Part shown: piece after piece, positions 1 through 12,686 of the stretch
How the letters are laid out: each line of letters begins with the position of its first letter
Position numbering within the stretch: the first letter of the stretch is position 1
Origin: the human T2T-CHM13v2.0 reference genome, Homo sapiens
Assembly: GCF_009914755.1 (NCBI RefSeq)
Contig: NC_060931.1
Direction: 5' to 3' (one strand)
Length of the DNA: 64,000 nucleotides
Notes under the pieces: model-generated
Database searches by the model: none
Seen by the model: only the letters and a program-made list of their open reading frames with translations
Told to the model about the DNA's origin: nothing
Made by a program: the position numbers and the translations under genes

Positions 1-30
1 TCCGTCTCAAAAGGAAAAAAAAAAAAAAAA
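1..30 (+). mobile_element. 3' end and poly(A) tail of an Alu abutting the CIC 3'UTR remnant
   Basis: tccgtctcaaaaggaaaaaaaa... Confidence 0.8.
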
Positions 31-365
31 GCAGGCCTTATTCCTTCCCAAACTGAAAGGATTAAATGGCTTTATCCTGGAGAAGATAACCATCCTGCCC
101 TCCATTGCTACCCCCACATAGTGTCCGTGTTCTCAGGGGGTACTGCGAGTCCTGGGATCTTCTTTGGGGTCGCCCACCTGCCTGTGGTAGTTATGGAGGG
201 ACCCAGGTGTTGAGGCAGGGCTGGGGTGTCCCCTTCCAGCCAGGCTGTCGAGGCCCCAGCTCTGGGGCAGAGGCAGTGGCAGGGCAGCCAGGGTTGCGCC
301 AGAGCCTGAGCAGGGTGAGGTGGGGTCAGACAGGGCTGGGAGTCAGGGCAGGGGCAGCAGCAGTG

Positions 366-663
366 GACCCACTATGCACACATCTTCTTCTCCAAGGTTT
401 GTGTGCAGAGCATCCTGCCCATGCTGCCCCAGCAGCTTCAGTTGGCACCTGCCCCAGTCCAGCCTCTGGGACCCATGCAGCGGCTCCCAGCGGCCCTGCA
501 CCCACCACCAGCATCCGTTTCACCTGCAGTTGAAGATCCGTGAGGTGCCCAGAAGATCATGCAGTCATCAGTCCCACGGAGCAGCCCGCGAGGCTGAGGC
601 TCCTCCCACTGGACCGCCCCCCAACTGGCACCATTGCTGCCCCTGCCCCTACTCTCAGCCTCA
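366..663 (+). pseudogene. Inverted (plus-strand) CIC fragments inside the retrocopy
   Basis: 366-408 HYAHIFFSKVCVQ (CIC RYADIFPSKVCLQ); 411-524 ILPMLPQQLQLAPAP..GTHAAAPSGPAPTTSIRFT; 524-663 LQLKIREV..KIMQ..AEAP..PPTGTIAAPAPTLS. Confidence 0.9.
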
Positions 664-1100
664 CGTGACTCTTGGGCAGAGGCAGTGGTGGGGCAGCCAG
701 GGCAGCGTCAGAGTCTGAGCCAGGTGAGGTGGGGACAGGACCCCCTCAGGGCTGGGAGTCAGGGCAGGGGCAGAACAAACCTTGGAGGGGAAGATGTGTG
801 CATAGTGGGCCTGGAGAGCGGCTGTGGCCTAGTGGACAGGAAGAAGCAGTGGGCCTGGAAAAGCTGCACGATCAGGGCCGGCACTGGTCCAGGGCGCGTG
901 CAGTGAAGAGGACAGTGCCTTCTCGGTCTCCGGTTCCCTGAGCCCGTCCTTGGCTTCTCCACCTGTACAGGCAAAGGGGAAGCTGTCCCCATCACACATG
1001 GCACACTTGGGGGTGTTGGGCTTTGGGCTGCAGATGGAGCATCTTCTCATCTTGCATTTGGGTGTGGTGGGGTCGTCCAGTGCGGGATCCATGTCCGTGG

Positions 1101-1197
1101 GGTTCCCTCTGCCCCAACCCCCAAAGCCCAGTTTCTCCTCTTCAGGCTCTGCCCCCTGGGTGGCTCAGCCCAGCTCCTGCCTAGGAAAGCCTTAGTG
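1101..1197 (+). pseudogene. Inverted CIC mid-protein fragment bridging a large internal deletion
   Basis: gttccctctgccccaacccccaaagcccag...ggtggctcagcccagctcctgcctaggaaagccttagtg corresponds to CIC VPSAPPPKAQ...[13 protein letters not shown], on the opposite strand to its flanks. Confidence 0.85.
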
Positions 1198-2231
1198 TTG
1201 GGAGGGACTGCGATGACTGAGGGGCCTGGTAGCTCCAGGTCGCCCACACTTTCAGGTCTCTTGCACCAGAAGGTGGAAGGATCCATTGGGAGGAAACAGG
1301 TCACCTTGGAAGGCATCCCTGGGCCCCCATCCCCAGGGGTTGGGGCCGTAGGGGGCCCACTCTGCTGCCCTGACCAGACTCCTAGGCTTTGAAGGCTCCT
1401 GGGCCCAGTAAGAAGGAGGTGGGTGCCAAGGTTGAGGAGGAAGCATCCGAGTATGTGTAGGAGGAGGAGGGGGTGGGACCATGGACTTTGCCAAAAACTG
1501 CAGATGGATCGGGGGACCCTGGGGGCTCAGGATCCAGCAAGGGGCGGCAGGAGTAAAGGAGGAAGGAATGACAGGTGCAAATACCTTCCCACCAAAGCCC
1601 TTGTTGCCCTCTGGCTCCTCCCCAGAGCTGTCACCACTCTCAGTCGGTCACCCACTCCTTGAACTTGAGATCAGTGTCAGTGGTGCTAAAGCCGTCATCA
1701 GCAATGACATTGTCACCCCCTCCTCCTCATGGATGACCATGTGCTCCTCATCACTCACTATGTCGTCACTGGCCATGTGCTGGGAATGAGCAGCTCAGGT
1801 GGGCAGCAGCAGGGCTGCCTACTGGTCACCTCCCTCACCAGGGGCTGCAAAGTGGCCTGGAGCTCCATACTGAGTAGAAGGCTTTGGGCCAGAGTATGAT
1901 GCAGTGCCAGACACCACTTCTGTCAGTTCCTGTAGTGCCTGACGGTCTATTTCCCTGCCGTCCAGGCTGTGTACACCCCTGTGGGAGAAGGCTTGGGCCA
2001 GGCTGAGCCAGGTTCCCTGTATGCAGCCGTTCTGCCCCACAGAAGCTGCTCCTTGGTATCCGAGCTCTGGAGTGTCTGGGCTGCAACTGACAGGAGTTCA
2101 GAGGACACCCCAGGGGCAGTGGCAGTGCTCGTCTCTGATATACTCTGCTCCCAGGAGCCCTTGTATACTCCTGCTAGCCCCTGGCTTGTGGGCTTGGCCT
2201 CTGAGCTGTACTTCTTTCGGTCCCTGTTGCA

Positions 2232-2430
2232 AGTGGGCCACCTTCACCTGGAAGGCCAGGTCGTGGTACTTCTGCATCTCATTGGGCCCCAGGGTGTACC
2301 ACCGCTCACTCAGGATCTGGCAGAAGGTCCGGTTGTCCTGGTTGGGGTGACCCTGGTGCGCCCTGCCAGGGCCTGGTGCCGCTTGCTGAAGCTCATGACC
2401 ACCACTTATGGGCCACGGGATGTGGTCCTT
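2232..2430 (-). pseudogene. Disabled CIC HMG-box remnant
   Basis: Reads [59 protein letters not shown] versus [67 protein letters not shown]. It has frameshifts, and FKAHPDWKW is deleted. Confidence 0.92.
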
Positions 2431-3103
2431 GTCCCATTTGTTGGGGCTGCATCCATCCTTCTCAGAAGATGAGTCCTGTTCCTTGCGCAGGGCACTGAGG
2501 GACTGGGCCTGACATCATCTGAGTGGTAGAGGCAACTGGGTGTCAGGAGACATGACGGAGAGGAAAGCATCATCGTGGTCATTCTCTGTCTCATTGTCCA
2601 GCAGGGACTCCCCTGAGGGGCCCAGGGCTCCTCCTCCATGGTGGGAGGTGGGCCCTTACCAGGTTCCACCACCCCCAAAGTGTGTGGGGTTCTGGGCCCT
2701 GGGCTTTCAGGGCAGGTGGCTCCAGGGGGCCACCCAGGGTCAACACTCCCTGTCCCACCTGGTGGATGCTCATGAGCAACAGCTGCCAACTTGGCAGGTT
2801 GTTTGCTCTGGTTGGAGGCCACTGAGTGACTGGCAGGTTGCTGGGCCTCGTGTGGCTCCAGGGAGGGGTCAGGAAGGGGACGGAGTACCAGGGGAACACG
2901 GCCACAGAGTGAGGTTCCACATTCCTCCACACGAACACGCTGACGCCACGGGAGGCCTCGCTGGACACAGTCCTGTGGGCCGAGTACTTGGTCTGGGCAG
3001 GGGGTTCCTGGCAGGGGCTCACACCTCCTCAGCCCCCTCCTCAGCCAAGGTGTCTTGGGCCCAGAGAAGGGGGTTTGGAGAGGAGCAGAAGGCCAGGCCT
3101 CAA

Positions 3104-3325
3104 GTTTTGTTTTTTGTTTTTGAAATGTAGTTTGACTCTTGTCACCCAGGTTGGAGTGCAGTGGCACAATCTCAGTGGCCTTCATACCTGGCTAATTTTT
3201 TGTATTTTTATTAGAGGTGGGGTTTCACCATGTTGGCCAGGCTGGTCTTGACCTCCTGACCTCAGGTGATCCACCCACCTCAGCCTCCCAAAATGGGATT
3301 ACAGGCATGAGCCACCGCTCCCAAC
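3104..3325 (-). mobile_element. AluS with an internal deletion of most of the right monomer
   Basis: Alu consensus segments on the minus strand; the sequence jumps from ggcacaatctcag to acctggctaatttt. Confidence 0.85.
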
Positions 3326-3384
3326 TTCATTCATTTTTACTTGAAAAACTCCCTTAAGCATTTTTTTAAGGTAGACCTAGTGGT

Positions 3385-4544
3385 CCTGGTGGCCGCCGTG
3401 ACACATGAGCTTGGCCTCCGGAGGGCCTCCGCGAGGCACGAGCTGGGTGTGTGGAGGCAGCCCCGAGGCGGGGAGCCTGGCCCGAGGACGCCATGGCGAG
3501 GCAAGAGGTGGGCCTGGAGGGCCCACTGTTGAGGTAGAGGCTTGGCATCTAGAGGCCGCCAACAGGCAGGGGCTGGACCTGGAGAGGCCACCAGAGGCAT
3601 GAGCTGGGCCTCAACAGACCAGCGTGAGGGAGGACCTCTCTCAGCATGAGAGAGGCCAGTGTGAGGCAGGGGCTCACGCCTCTGGACAGGGTGCCAGAGA
3701 CACGAGTTGGGCCTAAACAGGCCACCGTGAGGGAGGAGCTGGGCCACTCGCCGACTGCCGGGAGGCAGGCAGGGACTTGGCCCCAGGAGGCCACCGTGGG
3801 GTGAGAGCTGGGCCTGGAGAGGCCCCTGGGAGGCAAGAGCGGGGCCTGCAGAGGCTGTTCTCCAGCCAGAGCTGGGCCCGTACAGGCCACCGGGAGGCAG
3901 GAGGTAGGCCTGAAGAGCTTGGCTGGAGAAAGTTTGGGGCCTCCAAAGGCCAGCGGGAGCTGGGCAGGAGCTGAGCCAAAACAGATTGCTTGCTGGGAGG
4001 CAGGAGCTGAGCCAAAACAGATTGCTTGCTGGGAGGCAGGAGCTGGGCCGGGAGACGCAGCCAGGAGGAACAGCTGGGCCTGGAGAGGCCGCCAGGCGGG
4101 AGGCAGAGGCTGGGCCTCTAGAGGCTGATGGGAGGCAGGAGCTGGCCCTGGAGGGGCCCTCATTGAGGACGCGTTGCACCTGGAGAGGCCACCGGGAGGC
4201 CGGAGCTGGGCCTGGAGAGGCCGACTTCAGGACGACTTGGGTCTGCAGAGGCCGCTGGGAGGCCCAAGCTGGGCCTGGAGGAGCCCACCGACCAGAGGCC
4301 ATTTGGGGCCTGGAGATGCCATCGGAGGGCAGGAGCTGAGCCTGGAGAGGCTACCGTGAGGCCTGAGCTGGGCCTGGGGAGCTTGGCTTGAGGAAGCTGT
4401 GGGCCTACCAAGGCCTCCAGGAGCTGGGCAGCAACTGAGTCCAAAGAGGTTGTTGGGAGGCAGCAGTCGGGTCTGGAGACGCAGCTGGGAGGAACAGCTG
4501 GGCCCGGAGAGGCTGAATGGAGTAAATTCAGGGCCTGGAGAGGA
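3385..4544 (-). repeat. Degenerate GC-rich tandem repeat array, left arm (G-rich on the + strand)
   Basis: Recurring GGGAGGCAGGAGCTGGGCCTGGAGAGGCC-like units about every 28-30 bp. Includes a perfect 36-bp tandem duplication at 3963-4045. Confidence 0.9.
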
Positions 4545-4577
4545 TGGGGCCCCACTCCTCTGACTGTGGTGGAGGAG

Positions 4578-7260
4578 CCTCTGCCTCCCTCCTGGCTGCC
4601 TCTCCAGGCCCAACTCTTCCTCCCGGCTATGTTTCCAGGCCCAAATTCTGCCTCACAACCAATGACCTCTTTTGGCTCAGCTCCTTCCAGCCTTTGTAGG
4701 GCCAAAACTTTCTCCAGTCAAGCTCTTTAGGCCCACCTCCTGCCTAGCGGGGGGCTGCACAGACCCAGCTCTGGCTTGAGAAGAGCCGCTGCAGGCCCCA
4801 CTCCTGCCTCCCAGGGGACTGTCCAGGCCCAGCTCTCACCTCACGGCGCCTTCCCAGGGCCCATTTCCTGCCTGCCTCCCGGCAGCCCTGACAGGCTGAG
4901 CTCCTCCCTCACGGTGGCCTCTTTAGGTCCAACTCATGCTTCTTGCATCCCGCCCTGGTGTCAGCTCATGCCTCACACTGGCCTCTCTAGGCCGAGGTCC
5001 TCCCTTACGCTGGCCTGTTGAGGCCCAGATCATGCCTCTCGTGGCCTCTGCAGGCCCAGCTCCTGCCTGTCGGTGGCCTCTACAGGCCCGGCCTCTACAG
5101 GCCCGGCCTCTACCTCATGGTGGGCACCTCCAGGCCCAGCTCCTGCCCAGCTCCTGGCGGCCTTTGTAGGCCAAAAACTTCAAGCAAAGCTCTCGAGGCC
5201 CAGCTCGGGCCTCACTGTGGCCTCTCCAGGCTCGGCTCCTGCCCTCTGGTGGCATCTCCAGGCCCCAGACTTTCTCCAGTTAGCTTCTCGAGGCCCAGCT
5301 TGGGACTCCCGGCAGCCTCTGCAGGCTCAAATCGTCCTGAAGTCCTCTCCATTTCCAGCTCCGGCCTCCCCACGGCCTCTCCAGGCGCAGCACATCCTCC
5401 AAGTGGCCCCTTCAGGGCCATCTCCTGCCTCCCATTGGTCTCTACAGGCCCAGCCTCTGCCTCCCTCATGGCTGCCTCTCCAGGCCCAGCTCTTCCTCTC
5501 AGGTCCATCTACAGGCCCAACTCCTGCCTCACAACACACCTCTTTTGACTCAGCTCCTGTCCAGCTGTCCTAAGCCTTTGTAGGCCCAAAACTTTCTCCC
5601 GCCAAGCTATTTAGGCCCACCTTCTGCCTCGCAGTGGCCTGTACAGACCCAGCTGTGGCTTGAGAACAGCCTCTGCAGGCCCTGCTCTTGCCTCTGAGGG
5701 GCCTCTCCAGCTCCAGCTCTCACCTCACTGTGGCTTCCCAGGACCTAGTTCCTGCCTGCCTCCCAGCAGCCTCGACAGGCCCAGCTCCTCCCTCAGAGTG
5801 GCCTGTTCAGGCCCAACTTATGCCTCTGGCCACCTTCCCAGAGGTGTGAGCTCCTGCCTCACGCTGGCCTCTGTAGGCCGAGGTCCTCCCTTATGCTGGC
5901 CTGTCGAGGCCCAGCTCATGCCTCTCCTGGCCTCTCCAGGGCCAGCCCCTGCCTGTTGGTGGCGTCTAGAGGCCCAGCCTCTACCTCGCAGTGGGCCCTC
6001 CTGGCCCACCTCCTTCCTCACCGTGGCCTACTCAGGGCAAGCCTCCTGCCTTTCGGCAGCCTCTGCAGACCCAGCTCCTGCCTCCCAGTGGCCTCCATAC
6101 GCCAAGCTCATGCCTCACAGCAGCCTTTCCAGGCCTAGCGTTTGCTCCTTTGCATCCTCTCCAGGTCCTGAACTTCCTCTAGTCGGCATCTCCAGGCCCA
6201 GCTTTTCCTTCCAGCAGCCCCTGCAGGCACAAGTCATCCTCAAGTCGCCCACCCCGGGCCCAGCTCTTGCCTCTTGGCGGCCGCTCCAGGTGCACAACTT
6301 CATCAAGTCGGCCTCTCCAAGCTCAGCTTCTCCTGCCTCCCAATGGCCTCTTTAGGCCTAGCCCAGCTCATGCCTCTCGGCAGCCTTCCCAGGCCCAGCT
6401 TTTGACTTTTGTCTGCCTCTTCACGCCCAGAACTGGACTTCCTGTCGGCCTCTCCTGGCCCAGCCTCTTGCATCCTGAAGGCCCGTACAGACCCTGCCTC
6501 TGCCTCACAGCTGACTCTCCACACTGAGCTCTTGCCTCACTGTGACCTTCCCAGTCCAAATTCTTGCGTTTCAGCAAGTTCGACAGGACCAGCTCCTGCC
6601 TTCAAATGGCCTCTTTAGGCTTACCTCATTCCTCTCAACAGCCTCTCGAGGTCGAGTTTTTTCATTTTTGCAGCTTCTGTAGGCCCAGAACTTTCTCAAG
6701 TCTGCCTCTCCAGGTCCAGTTGCTGTCTCCAGGCATCCACTTCTTCCCCTTTTCTTCCTACATTTTGTGTCTAAAGGTTCAGCTTTTGCCTCACAACGTC
6801 CTCTTTGGATTAGCTCCTGTGCAGCTCCTCGCCTTTGTAGACTCAAATCTTTCTCAAGTTGAGTCCTCCAGTTTCACTGCCTTCCTGGTGGCTCCCTGAA
6901 CAGGCCCAGCTTTTGCCTGACAATTGCTTCTCCAGGCTGCCTCAACAGACCCAGCTCTTGCCTCACACTGGCCTCTCTAAGCCCAGCTGCTGCCTCTCAC
7001 TGTCCTCACCTGGCTCATCTCTTTCCTCACATCTGCCTCCCAAGTCCCAGCTCCTGTCTCACAGTTGTCTCAGTTATACCAGCTCCTTTCTCATGATGGC
7101 CTCTTCTGGCCCATCTTCGGCCTCATAGTGGCCAGTCGAACCCATGATGGCCTCTTCTGGCCCATCTTTGGCCTCATAGTGGCCACTGGAACCCATCATC
7201 TGCCTCATCATGGCCTCTTCTGGCTTTGCTTTTGCTTTGCAGTCACCTTTTCCAGATCCC
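4578..7260 (+). repeat. Same GC-rich array, right arm in the opposite orientation, with a ~876-bp higher-order period
   Basis: Units resemble GGCCTCTCCAGGCCCAGCTCCTGCCTCCC. 4578-~5100 realigns with 5454-~5985 (both start cctctgcctccctc(c/a)tggctgcctctccaggccca). Local tandem duplications: 15 bp near 5075-5112 and 51 bp at 7092-7193. Confidence 0.9.
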
Positions 7261-7409
7261 GCTTTTTAGTCTTTAATGGTCAACAGCATCAAGGAGCCTA
7301 AAGCTTCCCTGGACTCTTATTTGTTGGTAACTTCACTGCACAGCAGAGTGCCTTAGCAAAACACCTGTCTCTTCTTTTAACCTTGACAGTGGATTTCTGA
7401 CAAATTTAT

Positions 7410-7460
7410 AATAAATTCTGCCTGTGTGGTTTCATAGTGATGTTTGTTTTATTTAGTGTC
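7410..7460 (+). terminator. Candidate polyadenylation signal at the end of the GC array
   Basis: AATAAA at 7410-7415, followed ~10-45 nt later by GU/U-rich sequence (tgtgtggtttc, tgtttgttttattt). Confidence 0.35.
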
Positions 7461-8486
7461 TCATAGTTTTTCTTGTCTTCTTTCGGTGGGAGTCAGAATG
7501 AGCCTCTGCTTGGGCCCTTTTTCTTTGCTCTGGACATGGTAGCTTCTCACTTCATGTTTTCTATATTTATATTTTTTTACAGTTATCTTTTTTGTTTTGT
7601 TAGGGTCTTGCTCTGTCACCCAGGCTGGAGTGTAGTCGTGTGATCATGGCTCACTGCAGCCTTGGCCATTTGGCCTGAAGTGATTCTCCCAACTCAGCCT
7701 CTTGAGTAGCTGATGCTACAGGCACATGCCACAATGCCTGGCTAATTTCTAATTTTTTCTGAGAAGTTGGTTCTCACTTTGTTGCCCAGGCTGTTCCCAG
7801 ACTTTCGGACACAAGCAATCGTTTTGCCTGAGCCTCCCAAAGTGCTGTGATCACAAGCATGAGCCACCATGCCTGGCCTGCTATTTGCTTGTCATGAACT
7901 ATTAAGAATTTACTTTTTCATTAATATACTATTTCTATATAGATTTATGTATATATAGATATTTTACATTTTTCATGGATACCAATTTTTTCCCTTTTTT
8001 GAGGCAAGGTATGACTTTGTCATTAAGGATGGAGTGCAGTGGTATGACCCCGGCTCACTGCAACATCTTCTTTCTTGGCTTAAGTGATCCTCCCATCTCA
8101 GCCTCCTGAGTAACTTTAACCCCAGGTACAAGCCGCCATGCCCAGGTAATTTTTATATTTCTTGTAGAGAGGGGGTCTCACCATGTTTCCAAGGCTGGTT
8201 TCAAACTCCAAGTCTCAAGTGATCCTTCCCCCTCAGCCTCTTGCAGTGCTGGGATTACAGGTGGGAGCCACCACACCTGGCCTACCATTTTCTTTTCATG
8301 GATCATTAAGAATTTACTTTATGCCAGCACGGTGACTCATGCCTGTAATCCCAGCACTTTAGGAGGATGAGGTGGGTGGATTACGAGGTCAGGAGTTCAA
8401 GACCAGCCTGGCCAAGATGGTGAAACCCCGTCTCTACCAAAAATACAAAAATTAGCCTGGTGTGGTGGCAGGCGCCTGTAGTCCTA

Positions 8487-8618
<132 letters not shown>

Positions 8619-9313
8619 TTATTTTTTTATTAGTATAATGTAAATACATAAATGTGTGTATATATTCATATGTGAATATATGTGTGTATGTATCTTCACA
8701 GCATACACACACACACATACACACACACATACATTGTGAAAGATATATTTGAATACCTAGAAATTGATAAGCTTCTTCCAGGTTTTGAAACCACCCTTAG
8801 CACAAACACGAAAGAAGTACAAACTATCATTATTAATGACCATGGACCAAGATGACCATGAGTCAATAGTACTTTGTACCTCAACCACCTTCCAGCAGAG
8901 CATCTCAAAGGGCTGGATATATCTGAACATCACATGCTTTCACACAGACTAGGATGGTTTGTAATTATTACTTCTATTAAAAACTCAGTGTGATCCTTGT
9001 CAGGGTGAAATCAAACTATTTCTCAAATCATAGAGATACTGAATAACAGCTTTGGTCAGGAAATAGGTATTGCATTTGGTTTGTCATGACAAGCTCCTGG
9101 CCTAGGCAGATGGAATATAGCAGAAATGTGTGTGTGTGTGAACATTCTTGCGCACAGATGTGGGGGTGGAAGTGGGGGGATTGAATTTGATAAAACCAGC
9201 AGGGGGCAGGCTGCTGGAAAGGGGGAAATTGTTTTGGCAGCAGCTGTGTATCTCTAGAACCAGGAAATGCTTGTAATCCACATTTTTGTCTCCTGGAAAA
9301 TAAAGATTATAAG

Positions 9314-9953
<640 letters not shown>

Positions 9954-10768
9954 CTATGTGATCCGCTATATGCAAAATATCTAGTATATAATAGGTGCTG
10001 AATTAATACTACTTTCTGTACCTCATTCTTAATCATTGCTTAATTTTAAAAAGTTTAGAGTGACTACTGCTTTTGTAAAAAATATTTTTAATTATTACAT
10101 AAAATCTAAGTCCTGTAGAAAAGTACAAAGCAGGCCGTGTGCTATAGCTCACACCTGTAATCCCAGCACTTTGGGAAGGCAGGGTAGAAGGATTGCTCAA
10201 GGCCAGGAGTATGAGACCAGCATGAGGAACATAGCAAGATCCCATCTCTAAAAAATTAAAAGCCAGTTATAGTAATGTACACCTGTAGTCCCAGCTACTT
10301 GGGAGGCTGAGGCAGGTGGGTCACTAGAATCCAGGGGTTTGAGATCACAACCTGGGTAACAGAGTGAGACCCTGTCAGAGAGGGAGAGCGAGAGAGAGAA
10401 GAGAAAACAAAACAAGAAAAGTACAAAGAAGCAAGTAATAAATCATGAAATTTTCAACCACCAAAAAATAACTTAACATTATGTGATATGACCAGGCCTG
10501 ATAGCTCATGCCTGGCTGAGGCACGATAATCTCTTAAGTCTCGGAGGCAGAGGTTGCAGTGAGCCAAGATTACACCATTCCACTCCAGCCTGGGCAACAG
10601 AGAGAGAGAGACTCTGTGTCAAAAAAAAAAAGTGATAATTCACACCTCTTTTTGTGCAAATAGGTAGTTAAGTAAGTAGATGTATTAATGGATTAAAAAT
10701 AACTTTGCCTGGTGCAGTGGCTCACGCCTGTAATCCCAGCACTTTCGGACGCTGAATTGGGCAGATCA

Positions 10769-11020
<252 letters not shown>

Positions 11021-11413
11021 TTAGTTCAAATATATATAATATTTATTTTGCTTGATACAACAGAAGCTGAAGAAACTAAAGTAAGGTGGGAGAATTTCTG
11101 AACTTCAGATAAAAGTCTACGTGAAGGTCATATCTTTTTATTCAACATTCATTAAAATTATGAAAAAAGATACAAAAGTATCATGATTCTTTTTAACCTG
11201 CAGTTTCTATTTTCACCCACAGCTGCTGTATTTTTGGAATTGATGCATGTTTGAGAGTTTCTGTTTAATGCGTTTATACTTGAATAACTATTCTATTATT
11301 ATTATTATTAGTTGAGACAGAGTCTTGCTCTGTCACCCAGGCTGGAGTGCAGTGGTGCTCACTGCAACTTCTGCCTCCCGGGTTCAAGTGATTCTCCTGC
11401 CTCAGCCTCCTGA

Positions 11414-11638
<225 letters not shown>

Positions 11639-12178
11639 TGACTTTATTGTCATCTAGCTCTATCTGGGGTTATGGGAAGCTCTGAGGCTGGCTGGAGGTT
11701 CTTCTCACATGTACTTATGTTTTCCTGCCCAAAGGCCAGTGGAGTACTTTCTTTATCATTGAAGCTCTGTAGCTTAGCCAGGGTTGGCTCGAGGCCAGTC
11801 ATTCCTTACTAGATTTTCCAGACCTCAGCTCACACATCACCTTGGCAGAGAAATCCTCCCTCATCCTGTGGAGAGGGAGGATTCATTGCCTCATTCTGCC
11901 TGGTTCTCTCAAAGCAGATATCACACTCAAAAATCAGCTTGCTATTTATTGAATTGCTTGCCTACATATCCTCCTCCCAAACTCACACCAAATCAGAACA
12001 AAGGCTCCCTGCAGCAGGAGTCCCATCTTAGTCATTCTCAGAACCTAATATAGTACTTGGCACATAGTAGGTGCACACTAAATGTCATTAGAATGAATAA
12101 GTATCAAGGGCCCGGGTGCAGTGGCTCATGCCTGTAATCCCAGGACATTGGGAGGCCGAGGCAGGTGGATCACCTTTA

Positions 12179-12481
<303 letters not shown>

Positions 12482-12500
12482 TTAACATTGACATTTTCTA

Positions 12501-12686
<186 letters not shown>

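Larger units (their letters stand above)
31..3060 (-). pseudogene. CIC: Processed, internally rearranged pseudogene of capicua (CICP family), derived from the CIC-S mRNA
   Basis: Minus-strand translation gives [32 protein letters not shown], versus CIC-S [31 protein letters not shown]; the ATG has become AAG at 2989-2987. Further matches: [16 protein letters not shown], an HMG-box remnant, [24 protein letters not shown], the acidic DDDVIADDGF-like block, [12 protein letters not shown]1-domain remnants, and the C-terminus with its stop read as TGG (176-174) followed by 3'UTR-like sequence to 31. No introns; many frameshifts. Confidence 0.95.

Noticed and set aside
2406-3185. 259-aa minus-strand ORF with CIC-like patches
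   Set aside because: It starts in an Alu and matches CIC only briefly between frameshifts.
3337-6355. Long ORFs in the GC array (321, 231, 204, 181 and 176 aa)
   Set aside because: Low-complexity Pro/Ala/Ser/Gly translations occur in several frames on both strands, and paralogous units switch frame. They are explained by stop-codon scarcity in the repeat.
3385-7260. CRISPR-like appearance of ~30-bp periodic repeats
   Set aside because: The context is eukaryotic, the monomers are degenerate and tandem with no unique spacers, and there are no cas genes.
8757-8922. Possible minus-strand lncRNA exon (ttcag acceptor, CTAG|GTATTC donor)
   Set aside because: The polypyrimidine tract is weak and the exon cannot be supported without transcript data.
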